Positions 28,636 to 38,819 of a stretch of 64,000 nucleotides of DNA are shown in pieces; within the stretch, counting starts at the first letter, position 1; each line of letters starts with the position of its first letter. This DNA comes from Acidobacteriota bacterium. GTDB taxonomy: Bacteria; Acidobacteriota; Thermoanaerobaculia; Multivoradales; UBA5704. The notes under the pieces were generated by a model that made no database searches, had not been told where the DNA came from, and saw nothing but the letters and a program-made list of their open reading frames with translations. The position numbers and the translations under genes are program-made. The stretch spans positions 58,292 through 122,291 of the forward strand of contig JBDTZG010000010.1 in the NCBI GenBank assembly GCA_040005235.1, given 5' to 3'.

Positions 28636-29061
28636 TCAGCCCTCCGCGCCGCAGCTCTTCGGCGCCGGGCCGAACTTCTTGCCCGCCTTGGTCATCGCGG
28701 CTTCGTAACCCGTCCGCGCCTTTTTCCACGCATCGCCATGGACCGGCACCGCGCAGCTCCCTTTGCCTTTGCAGGAGTTCGTGCCGTCGGGACCCTGGCC
28801 CGTGCAGTCGTTCGACCCCGAGCAGCCGTGCGCCTCGACGTTTGAGCAGGTGCCCAGTCCCGCGCAGTCGTTCTTGGCATCGGCCCCCAGCCCTTTGCAG
28901 GTGTTCAGGCCGCAGCAGACATGCTTGTCGCCGAGATGAAACTCGGCCTTTTCCTCGGCCGCAAATGCCGACTTGGCGGCAAACGAACCGGCGAGAATGC
29001 CGCCAAAGGCTGCAAGGGTGAGTTTGCCGAAATCGCGTCGATTGAGGTTGCTCTGGTCCAT
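28636..29061 (-). CDS. Tat-exported Cys-rich RiPP precursor (bufferin/BufA2-like)
   Basis: NRRDFGK twin-arginine signal; two repeats of HxCxGxNxCxGxG...NxCxGxGxC; 10 Cys; first gene of the DUF692 operon. Confidence 0.85.
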   Translation of the reverse strand: MDQSNLNRRDFGKLTLAAFGGILAGSFAAKSAFAAEEKAEFHLGDKHVCCGLNTCKGLGADAKNDCAGLGTCSNVEAHGCSGSNDCTGQGPDGTNSCKGKGSCAVPVHGDAWKKARTGYEAAMTKAGKKFGPAPKSCGAEG

Positions 29062-29154
29062 GGAGGTCTCCTTTTTCTTCTGAAGATCGGATTGTAAGCC
29101 CCGTACTACCTACGGTGGAGAAGATTACCGCGGATTCCCGGCCGCGTGCTTGCC

Positions 29155-30087
29155 TCAGGTCGCGGCGAGCAACTCGCGATCGATCCGGTCCAGGACTTTC
29201 AAATCGACACCGGGATCGAACTTCCGGGCGAAATGGTAGTTGCCCGCGGCGAGCATGGGGACGTCCGCCTCGGTCAGGACGCGCGGCGACCCCTTGTGCG
29301 CCTTCGAGTAGTCGATGTAGCGCCGGTCGTCGTTCGTCAGATCGAAGCGGCCACTGTTGAGCAGAACGGTCTGGACCAGCGACTCTTCCGGCGTGATCGT
29401 CCCCTGGTAGAACCGAACCAGATCCGGATGGGTGGCCAGGTATTCACGGAGGTAAAGGACGGCGCTACGTCGCAGCGAGAACCAGGCCCAACCGCCGTGC
29501 AGGCGAAACTGGTCATTGAACGGCGTCGCCAAAACCCGGCGGCCGACATAGGCGCCATAATCCAGATAGAAGTGGATCGGCAGGATGCGGGTCGCGAATC
29601 GCACCGCATGGAGGGCCTTCACGGTCCAGGCGGGCAACCGACGATAGCGGTAGTGGTAGCGATTCCGCGCCTTACGCCACGACCAGGGATTGGCGGCGGA
29701 ATGAACGTCCCACGAACGGATGAAACCGTCACTGGTTGCGGCGGCAAGCTCCGCCTCCATTTTCGGGGTCGAAAGGGTTGGATAGTCCTGGCCGGTGAGC
29801 GTCACCAACCAGTCGTAGGCGATCCCTTCCCGCTCCAGCCAGTCGATCATGTCCAACAGCGGCTGCACCTGGCAGGAGTAGTGCGCCCGAATCTGCGGCC
29901 CGGTCGCCGGGAACAGGTGGGTGCGCGGCAGATCCGCGAAAGGCGCCCAATCGAGGGGACCGGCGGCGAAGTTGTGCTGCACGACCACCCGCGCCGTGTC
30001 GCTGCCGCGATGGAGCGTCCTGACCAGGCGGAGAATCTGTTCGGGGTCGCGATGGGTCTGGATGAAGAAGCAGAGATTGGCGCTCAG
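29155..30087 (-). CDS. Core-2/I-branching beta-1,6-GlcNAc transferase family (GT14-like); probable CTG start
   Basis: CFFIQTHRDPEQILRLV..L, YDWLVTLTGQDYP, GGWAWFSL, PEESLVQT, RYIDY, FARKFD; GGAGG RBS 6 nt before CTG 30087. Confidence 0.8.
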   Translation of the reverse strand: MSANLCFFIQTHRDPEQILRLVRTLHRGSDTARVVVQHNFAAGPLDWAPFADLPRTHLFPATGPQIRAHYSCQVQPLLDMIDWLEREGIAYDWLVTLTGQDYPTLSTPKMEAELAAATSDGFIRSWDVHSAANPWSWRKARNRYHYRYRRLPAWTVKALHAVRFATRILPIHFYLDYGAYVGRRVLATPFNDQFRLHGGWAWFSLRRSAVLYLREYLATHPDLVRFYQGTITPEESLVQTVLLNSGRFDLTNDDRRYIDYSKAHKGSPRVLTEADVPMLAAGNYHFARKFDPGVDLKVLDRIDRELLAAT

Positions 30088-30180
30088 GGACCGCCTCCAA
30101 ATCGAAAGAAATAGAGATCAAGGGAAGTTCAGAGAGAACCTACGCGGACTCGCTCTCCGCGTCAATCGTCTGTGTACTCG

Positions 30181-31710
<1,530 letters not shown>

Positions 31711-31719
31711 TGACCGTTC

Positions 31720-32244
31720 TTAAGCGCGCGAGTCGGCCAATGCATTCCGGATCTGTCGAGATTCCACGGGCTTGGCGCCCGATCGAAGCCAGTCGAGGAC
31801 GCTTTCCTCGGGTCGATCAGGGTTCGCCCAAACGATGCGACCGAGGTCCGGGAGATCGGCGCAGGCCTGGCAGAATAGACCTCGCGCCACTTGATCACGC
31901 GAAAGAATCGTCTCGTCGGTGGCGGCGGCGGCTCGGATCAGGTGGAGGTCTTTTTCGAGGGCCGCTCTTTGTGTGGGCCGCAACTTGATCATCTCAAGGC
32001 GATGCTCCCAGGGTAAACCAGCCGTTTCGGCGATCGCCACGACGCGCTTCCGACCGTGCATTCGGACCCGCCATCCGCGGGAATAAGAAGTTTGGTGCCG
32101 ATCCCATTCTTCGGCGAGCTTGGGGTCGAAGACCACTGAATGCTCCGTCTCAAATTCGATCACGTGCAGCGCGTCTCGAGCGATCTGCGGCGCCGGACCG
32201 GCGAGCGAAGCATCAACGACGAGCCGTCTTGGCTTTCCGGCCAC
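31720..32244 (-). CDS. PIN-like domain protein coupled to the ATPase
   Basis: LVVDAS...EEW...KDLHLIRAA...ILSRD acidic PIN pattern; overlaps the ATPase stop. Confidence 0.55.
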   Translation of the reverse strand: MAGKPRRLVVDASLAGPAPQIARDALHVIEFETEHSVVFDPKLAEEWDRHQTSYSRGWRVRMHGRKRVVAIAETAGLPWEHRLEMIKLRPTQRAALEKDLHLIRAAAATDETILSRDQVARGLFCQACADLPDLGRIVWANPDRPEESVLDWLRSGAKPVESRQIRNALADSRA

Positions 32245-33556
32245 GCGGAGCGTCCCTGAACATGTGGCCTTCGGCAGCCGTCAGGTATCGGTTTTCGCCT
32301 TCAGCGCGAACACGGCCGAAATCCTCGGGCCAAGGGCCGTAAGCACCCGCTTCGTCAAGGTCGGCCGACGTCACTGTAGTGGTCCCGTCTTCTCCTCGCT
32401 CAAACCAATGGAGTTTCACGAGATCGGGTGGCATCGCCCCCTCGGAGACCAGTGTCTGGACGGCGAGAAGGAGAATGTCGCTATGGGTTTCGGCGACGAC
32501 CTTCACGCCGCGTTTCGCGGCGTCGCAGAGAATCTCCGCCATCGCCTGCTGCGCGGCCGGATGCAGGTGGATCTCGGGCTGCTCAAGATAGACCAGCTGG
32601 CCCGGTGCTGCGGCCAGAAGGGCCACGAGAACCGGTAGGGTCTGGGACACACCGATTCCGACGTCCGCGATGTTGACGAGATCCTTCGCTCCCCCACGCT
32701 TCAGCTTGGGCAGCCGGCCGACGCGTAGCTCAATGCTCGTTGCATCGATCCGGCGCGCTTCGACTTTCCAGGTCAATCCGAGCTTTCCCATTTGGCCGGA
32801 GAGCGTCTTGAGGCGGATATCGCTCCGCTCTTGCCAGTTCAGGACGACGCTTGCGGTATAGACAGGGAAAGGACCGACGAACCGCGGGCCGGTCGCCGTC
32901 ACGGGATAGGCCCGCTCGGGATTTCCTCGAAGGCCGGGGATATGAATCGCCGAACCCAAAGCTCGAACGAAATTCCTAGCCGAAGGCACTGCCCCCCATG
33001 GGAATGTGTTCCATTCGCCATCGATAAACTTCGCTTGGACTTCCAAGAAACTTCTCGCTTGGCCTACCTTGAGGGGCACACCGAAAGTTGTTCTTTCCGA
33101 CCGACCTGTCGCAGAGATCAAGCGCCGTTTCAGCTCGGTGTGGTCGAGGCCAGGAACCAGTTCGATCTCACCTTTCGGCGTCGAGTAGACCGCGCGTGCG
33201 GGGTCCAACCCTTTATGAGAATTCTGTCGAAACTCTTCGAGGAACCAATCCTGGCCCAGCTCGGCTCCGATTTTGAAGACATCCGCCCGCTTCCTTCCAG
33301 TGACTGCCAGCAACTGCGAGGCATCGGTGAACCGCACGTGAGAATCGCTCAAGAGCAACGCTCCCGGATCATAGGTCGCTTCCAACGTCTGCTTGAGCAG
33401 CAGCAGCGGCTGCATCACCGACGACTTGCCCGAGCTATTCGCCCCGGCAAGCAAGGTCAGCGGCGCAATCTCGACGCGGGTTTCCCGCGCGATCGACTTG
33501 AAGCCCGCGACGGTGATCGCGGTAATCTCGGGGACGGAGTCCTTCTCTTTCGCCAT
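32213..33556 (-). CDS. ABC-type/AAA_15-AAA_21 ATPase (DUF3696-like C-terminus)
   Basis: VAGFKSI, GANSSGKSS (Walker A), DVGIGVSQTLP, LEQPEIHLHP, VAETHSD, WPEDF. Confidence 0.9.
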   Translation of the reverse strand: MAKEKDSVPEITAITVAGFKSIARETRVEIAPLTLLAGANSSGKSSVMQPLLLLKQTLEATYDPGALLLSDSHVRFTDASQLLAVTGRKRADVFKIGAELGQDWFLEEFRQNSHKGLDPARAVYSTPKGEIELVPGLDHTELKRRLISATGRSERTTFGVPLKVGQARSFLEVQAKFIDGEWNTFPWGAVPSARNFVRALGSAIHIPGLRGNPERAYPVTATGPRFVGPFPVYTASVVLNWQERSDIRLKTLSGQMGKLGLTWKVEARRIDATSIELRVGRLPKLKRGGAKDLVNIADVGIGVSQTLPVLVALLAAAPGQLVYLEQPEIHLHPAAQQAMAEILCDAAKRGVKVVAETHSDILLLAVQTLVSEGAMPPDLVKLHWFERGEDGTTTVTSADLDEAGAYGPWPEDFGRVRAEGENRYLTAAEGHMFRDAPRGRKAKTARR

Positions 33557-33603
33557 GGTGGGGGTAAGTCTACTCTCGCGGAAGCGGCCTCTGGATGTGC
33601 ACT

Positions 33604-33924
33604 CTACTTCCCGCCCTTCCCCTGCCCGACCAGGAACCCCACCAGCCCCGAGGCGATCGCACTGACGATGCCGGCCGCCCACTTCTTGTCGTCAGAGGTG
33701 CCGTTGACGAATGCCATCAGACAGCAGGCGAAGATCGCGCCGGTCAAGAGAAGCGCGAACACCACGAGCAGGAGCCGAATCTGGCGAGCGAGCCTGGAGT
33801 CCGCTACGAGATTCGCGCGACGGGCGGCGGCATCTTCGACGGTTTCGCCTCCGGTGACGGCGAGCTCATAGCGTTGTCCGGCTTCTGCGAGCCGACCGAT
33901 GTCGACCTGACCCTCGTGGCTCAC
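33604..33924 (-). CDS. Small 2-TM membrane protein
   Basis: GTG start 33924; two hydrophobic helices separated by SDDKKWA. Confidence 0.65.
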   Translation of the reverse strand: MSHEGQVDIGRLAEAGQRYELAVTGGETVEDAAARRANLVADSRLARQIRLLLVVFALLLTGAIFACCLMAFVNGTSDDKKWAAGIVSAIASGLVGFLVGQGKGGK

Positions 33925-33940
33925 GTGGTTGGGGCTCGGC

Positions 33941-34153
33941 TCAAATCCCGACGATTTCGGTAACCATCTGGCGATTCTGGTCAAACAGTCCGATCCGCTG
34001 CTTCTGTTCCTTGGCTTCCGTCGCCACGTCAAAGAGCGCTATCGCCTTGCGCAGAATCTCGCTCTTCGTCGAGTGGGATTGGCTGGCGAGCTGCTCCAGC
34101 CGATCGTTCAGCTCTGGAGAGACGGTCAAACTCAGGCGCACGGGCTCGGACAT
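33941..34153 (-). CDS. CopG/ribbon-helix-helix DNA-binding protein
   Basis: VRLSLTVSPELNDRLEQLA...TKSEILRKAIAL; GAGGAG RBS. Confidence 0.85.
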   Translation of the reverse strand: MSEPVRLSLTVSPELNDRLEQLASQSHSTKSEILRKAIALFDVATEAKEQKQRIGLFDQNRQMVTEIVGI

Positions 34154-34232
34154 TGGGGTTCTCCTCGGTCTGGCGTTCACGTCCGGTGAGCGCTAACAGC
34201 GTAGATTCTACGCTTATTTCGCGCAGTAGTCT

Positions 34233-34814
34233 TCACTCGCCCCGAGCGATGCTCAGCCCCAGCCGCTCCAGCAGATTCTCCAGAATCCGCGCCGTGAGAC
34301 CCCAGACTTGATGCCGGCCGACGTGGTAGATGAGGAGATTCCTCTTCGCTCCGTCGATCTTCACCTCGCGCTCTTCGACCAGATCGGGATCGGCAAAAGC
34401 GGAGAGCGGGAGGGCGAAGACTTCGGCGATCTCCGACTCGTTCGGTTTGGCTTCGAACGGATAGGGGACGGCCCCGACGCAGGGGACGACCCCGAAACCC
34501 ACCGGAGAACCGGTCTCGTCGAGCTCGCCGAGACGGAAGACGCGGCTGGGTTCGAGGCCCACCTCTTCGTGGGTTTCGCGCAGCGCCGCCGCCCAGGCGT
34601 CTTCGCCGATCTCCCGGCCGCCGCCGGGGAAGGCGATCTGGCCGCGGTGGGTGGGCAGGTCGTCGGTCCGCTTGGTGAGCACGGTCCAAAGCTCCCCGGC
34701 ATCGACGAACAGGGGAACCAGGACCGCCGCCGGCCGGGCCTCGCTCGGCGGCAGGCGCCGGGGGGGCGGCGAGGAGAGACGGGCGCGGACTTCGAGGAGC
34801 CAACTGTCAGCCAT
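34233..34814 (-). CDS. Nudix hydrolase, CoA pyrophosphatase (NudL-like)
   Basis: LTKR...HRGQIAFPGG...ALRETHEEVGL, VWGLTARIL. Confidence 0.92.
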   Translation of the reverse strand: MADSWLLEVRARLSSPPPRRLPPSEARPAAVLVPLFVDAGELWTVLTKRTDDLPTHRGQIAFPGGGREIGEDAWAAALRETHEEVGLEPSRVFRLGELDETGSPVGFGVVPCVGAVPYPFEAKPNESEIAEVFALPLSAFADPDLVEEREVKIDGAKRNLLIYHVGRHQVWGLTARILENLLERLGLSIARGE

Positions 34815-34951
34815 GGTGCGCTTTTTACCAGAAAAGGCGCCGCCGCCCGAGACGTCTGAGCGAGAGGTTTGTCTCCTGCCCGCCCCTCCTCTGCACTACA
34901 GTGGGGAAGAACTTCCAACCGAATGGCATCAGCTCCCCTGGAGACCCGCCC

Positions 34952-35305
34952 ATGAACGACCTCGTCCAACGCCTGACCGTCGAGCAGCCGATCATCGCCA
35001 GCATGCGCCCGGAAAATACCGTGGAGCTGTTCAAGGCCGCCATCGATCGCGGCTACGTCCACTGCAAATTCACCGAAACTCGCGGCGGCACCGAGCTGGG
35101 CATCCGCCTCGATCCGTCCGAAACCGACCTGTCGGACGCCAACTATGAGGCGAAATCCGGCACCGTGAAGCTCGCCGGCAATTTGATCCTCGACTACGTG
35201 AAAGTCCGGTTCCGCGGCAAGATCGACCTGGCCACCCTCGCGGGGACCGGCAATCTGGAAATCTTGGGCGAGGTCGCTCCGGGCAGCACGGAAACTGCGG
35301 CGTAA
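34952..35305 (+). CDS. Conserved hypothetical protein (beta-rich domain often annotated as 'MbtH domain protein')
   Basis: MNDLVQRL...IDRGYVHCKFTETRGGTELG...G.L.LDYVKVR...IDLATLAGTG; GGAG RBS. Confidence 0.7.
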   Translation: MNDLVQRLTVEQPIIASMRPENTVELFKAAIDRGYVHCKFTETRGGTELGIRLDPSETDLSDANYEAKSGTVKLAGNLILDYVKVRFRGKIDLATLAGTGNLEILGEVAPGSTETAA

Positions 35306-35386
35306 AGGAGTCGGCTCCGGAGGACCGGGGGGCGCCCGCGCTCCCCTCTTGCCACCGTGGAAGAATCGCATAGACTCCCCCCCACG

Positions 35387-35836
35387 ATGCGGACAATTCG
35401 GACTCCCGCTTTGGCCTTCTGCGCCGTTGCGGCTCTGCTGGTCGGCTGTGCGGAAGAAACTCCCACGGCCCCCGCAACGGCCACGGTGCAGTTCTCGTAC
35501 GTTGCGGCGCCCGCCGTTTCGGCGCCGCGCGATTACCCTTACGGATGTATCCGGGGGGTGATTCGAACCCACGTTTCTGTCAGCTGGAAAGAGCCGCGGA
35601 TCTACATGGAGCCGCATTCCGACTCGCGGTTCGAGACGCAAGTAGCGGGAGCTCCGATCGGCCGTGAGTTGTCCGTCGCCGTCTCGGACCCGAACGCCTG
35701 TTTCCGCAATGCGGAGGGACGGGCCACGTCCGGTGTCTCGGCCAACGGCGTCCGCCTGACCCGCTGGGTGACGTCCGGAACCGAGGGGCCGCGTTTCCTG
35801 TTCCGGGTCGCTGCCGACGGCACCGTCATTCCGTAG
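35387..35836 (+). CDS. Hypothetical lipoprotein
   Basis: Lipobox LLVGC after a basic/hydrophobic leader. Confidence 0.7.
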   Translation: MRTIRTPALAFCAVAALLVGCAEETPTAPATATVQFSYVAAPAVSAPRDYPYGCIRGVIRTHVSVSWKEPRIYMEPHSDSRFETQVAGAPIGRELSVAVSDPNACFRNAEGRATSGVSANGVRLTRWVTSGTEGPRFLFRVAADGTVIP

Positions 35837-35935
35837 AGGCAAGAGTGTCGGCCAAGTCGTGCGAGGACGGAGCGAAACTGTCTGAGCCCGCAGGGCGAGT
35901 TTTGAGCTCCGCCCGCAGCGCGACTTGGCCGACGC

Positions 35936-36463
35936 TCAGGCCCCTCCGACGAAGGTCCCGAGCGCGCGGTCCTTCTTGACGCCGGGAAAGCGCAGCGCCC
36001 GGCCGTGGGCGACGCACCAGATCCCGGCCGGGAGCACCCCGGTGGCAAAGATCGCCTCGGTCAGGTTTTGCAGCGCATCCGACTGCTTCATCTCGAACGG
36101 CCGCATCGCCCCGGTCAAAACGATCGGCACCTTCGTGTTGGGGATCTCCTGATAGAGCCGCTCGCCGGTCTCCTCCAGAGTATCGGTACCGTGGAGAATG
36201 ACCACTCCGGTCGGACCGCGGCCGGGGGCTTCCACGCCCAAGCTCCGGACCATCGCCGCGATCTGCGCCCGATCCTCCTCGACCAGGTCGAGGCTATCCT
36301 TGGACATCAGGTCGAGGACCTGAATGCTCGTCTCTTCGAAGCGCAGCTCCTCCAGCATGCGCTGGACGATCGAACGTCGGTTGACCAGCTCGCCGGAGCG
36401 CTCATCGTAGGTCTTCTCGATCGTCCCGCCCGTGGTGACCAGCGCGATTCGCCGCGCGCTCAT
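35936..36463 (-). CDS. Asparaginase N-terminal-domain protein (short type)
   Basis: TTGGTIEKTY, HGTDTL, VLTGAMRP. Confidence 0.9.
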   Translation of the reverse strand: MSARRIALVTTGGTIEKTYDERSGELVNRRSIVQRMLEELRFEETSIQVLDLMSKDSLDLVEEDRAQIAAMVRSLGVEAPGRGPTGVVILHGTDTLEETGERLYQEIPNTKVPIVLTGAMRPFEMKQSDALQNLTEAIFATGVLPAGIWCVAHGRALRFPGVKKDRALGTFVGGA

Positions 36464-36642
36464 TCGAAGCTCTCGTTCATCTAGGCTCTCCAGAGGCGGC
36501 ATCGTATCCAGCCGGAAGCCCCGACGGAAGAGCGAGCGGCCGGACTGCAACCTTCAATGCTCGGGAACGTATACTTTTGCCGGCGTAAGCCTTGTCCAGT
36601 GCCCGGACGCGGGCGGCGACATCAAAACCCTCGAGGAGCCTC

Positions 36643-38727
36643 ATGCCCAATTCACCCACCCGTTTCCCCCTCGCGACCGCCCTGCTCGCCGCCACCGCCC
36701 TCGCGAGCCTGCCCGTGCTCGCTGCGACCGCGCCGAAAGCCGCGGCACCGGCCAAGCAGGGATACGACGCGGTCGCCGCCGAAATCCGCGCGACCATCGA
36801 TCCCAAGGCCGACCCCTGTCAGAGTTTCTACCAGTATGCCTGCGGCGGCTGGCTCGCGAAGACCACCCTGCCGGCCGACGAGTCACAGTTCGGCCGCGGC
36901 TTCTCGCAGCTCGCCGACACCAATCGCGAGGTGCTCCACGGCGTGCTCGAAGAGCTGGCGAAGAAGCCCGGGACCGATCCGGACGACAAGAAGCTCGGTG
37001 CCTTCTACTTGTCATGCATGGACGACGCGGCGATCGAAAAGGCGGGGGCCGCCCCGCTCGCGCCGCTGTTCGCCGAGATCGCCAAGGCGACCGACCTCGA
37101 CAGCGCCATGACCGTCGCGGCCATGTTGCAAAGAGAAGGGATCGAAGCGCTGCTGTCGACCGCCGTCGAAGGTGATTTCAAAGACCCTGACCTGTCGATC
37201 GCCTATCTGACTCAGGGGGGCTTGGGCCTGCCCGACCGCGACTATTACTTGAAGGACGACGCGGACAGCAAGGCGCTGCTGGCCGACTACCAGGGCCACG
37301 TCGCAAAAATGCTAGCTCTCGCCGGCGAATCCGCGGCGGACTCCACGCGCCACGCGGCGGCCATCGTGGCTTTCGAGACCGAGCTGGCCAAGGTTTCGCT
37401 GCCGCGCGCCGAGATGCGCGACCCGAACAAGATCTACCACCGGGTCGATCCCGCGGCGCTTTCCGCCATGTCTTCCGGCCTTTCGTGGGCGCCGTTCTTT
37501 TCCGGTCTCGGCCAGCCGAATTTGACCCTGATCAGCGCAGCGCCCGAGGGGTTCTTCAAGGGCCTCGCCGAAACGCTCAAGAAGACCGATCTCGACACCG
37601 TGCGCGCCGATTTCCGCTGGCTCGCTGTACATTCGCGGGCCGACCAGTTGAGCAAGGCGTTCGTGGATGAGGACTTCGCGTTCTTCGACAAGCGGTTGCA
37701 GGGCCAGCAGGAACTTCAGGTGCGCTGGAAGCGCTGCGTCGAGGCGACCGACGGCGCCCTCGGGTTCGCGCTCGGCCGGGCGTTCGTCGCCCGCCAGTTC
37801 GCCGGCGAGAGCAAGAAGGTCGCGGTCGAGATGATCCAGGACATCGAGCACTCCTTCGAAGCCGGCCTCCCCGATCTCGCCTGGATGGACGACACCACCC
37901 GGGCCCGGGCGAAGGAAAAGACCGCCGTCCTGGTCAACAAGGTCGGCTATCCGGACAAGTGGCGCGACTATTCGGCGCTCTCCGTCGCTTCCGACGCCGG
38001 TTACTTCGCCAATTCCCGCGCGGCCACCCGCTTCGAGGTCGACCGGCTGTTGGCCAAGATCGGCCAGAAGGTCGATCGCACCGAATGGGGCATGACCCCG
38101 CCGACGGTCAACGCCTATTACAACCCGCTGCGCAACGAGATGGTCTTCCCCGCCGGTGTGCTCCAGCCGCCGTTCTTCAGCAAGGATCACCCGGCGGCGA
38201 TGAACTACGGCGGCATCGGCATGGCGATGGGCCACGAGCTGACCCACGGCTTCGACGACCAGGGGCGCCAGTTCGACGGCTCGGGCCGGCTGCGTGAATG
38301 GTGGGACCCGGCGGTGGTCGGCCGGTTCCAGGAGCGGACGAGCTGCGTCGAGAATCTCTACTCCGGCTTCGAGGTCCAGCCCGGCGTGAAGGTCAACGGC
38401 AAGCTGACCCTGGGAGAGAACATCGCCGACTTCGGCGGCATCAAGGCGTCGTTCCATGGTCTACATTCCTGGGCCGAGCGCAACGGCAACCCCGGCCCGC
38501 TGATCCAGGGCTTCACCAACGATCAGCTGTTCTTCCTCGGCTTCGCCCAGAGCTGGTGCTCGCTGCGCCGCCCCGAGTTCTCGAAGCTGCTGGCGACGGT
38601 CGATCCGCACTCGCCGCCGAACTTCCGGGTCGACGGCCCGCTGTCGAACTTCCCCGCCTTCGCCGAGACCTTCCACTGCGCCGCGGGCACCCCGATGAAC
38701 CGGGTGCAACGCTGCGAGGTCTGGTAG
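36643..38727 (+). CDS. M13 family (neprilysin/PepO) zinc metallopeptidase, secreted
   Basis: DPCQSFYQYACGGW, VNAYY, HELTH, GENIAD, HSP, C-terminal CEVW. Confidence 0.95.
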   Translation: MPNSPTRFPLATALLAATALASLPVLAATAPKAAAPAKQGYDAVAAEIRATIDPKADPCQSFYQYACGGWLAKTTLPADESQFGRGFSQLADTNREVLHGVLEELAKKPGTDPDDKKLGAFYLSCMDDAAIEKAGAAPLAPLFAEIAKATDLDSAMTVAAMLQREGIEALLSTAVEGDFKDPDLSIAYLTQGGLGLPDRDYYLKDDADSKALLADYQGHVAKMLALAGESAADSTRHAAAIVAFETELAKVSLPRAEMRDPNKIYHRVDPAALSAMSSGLSWAPFFSGLGQPNLTLISAAPEGFFKGLAETLKKTDLDTVRADFRWLAVHSRADQLSKAFVDEDFAFFDKRLQGQQELQVRWKRCVEATDGALGFALGRAFVARQFAGESKKVAVEMIQDIEHSFEAGLPDLAWMDDTTRARAKEKTAVLVNKVGYPDKWRDYSALSVASDAGYFANSRAATRFEVDRLLAKIGQKVDRTEWGMTPPTVNAYYNPLRNEMVFPAGVLQPPFFSKDHPAAMNYGGIGMAMGHELTHGFDDQGRQFDGSGRLREWWDPAVVGRFQERTSCVENLYSGFEVQPGVKVNGKLTLGENIADFGGIKASFHGLHSWAERNGNPGPLIQGFTNDQLFFLGFAQSWCSLRRPEFSKLLATVDPHSPPNFRVDGPLSNFPAFAETFHCAAGTPMNRVQRCEVW

Positions 38728-38747
38728 CGGAAGCTCGATTTCCACTG

Positions 38748-38779
38748 CGGGAGCGGGAGGCGATCGCCTCTCGCTCCCG
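38748..38779 (+). terminator. GC-rich stem-loop after the M13 gene
   Basis: CGGGAGCGGGAGGCG-AT-CGCCTCTCGCTCCCG; no U-tract. Confidence 0.4.
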
Positions 38780-38819
38780 GTCTCTGGAACGAAAGGCTCC
38801 GGACGACTAGAATGCCCGG

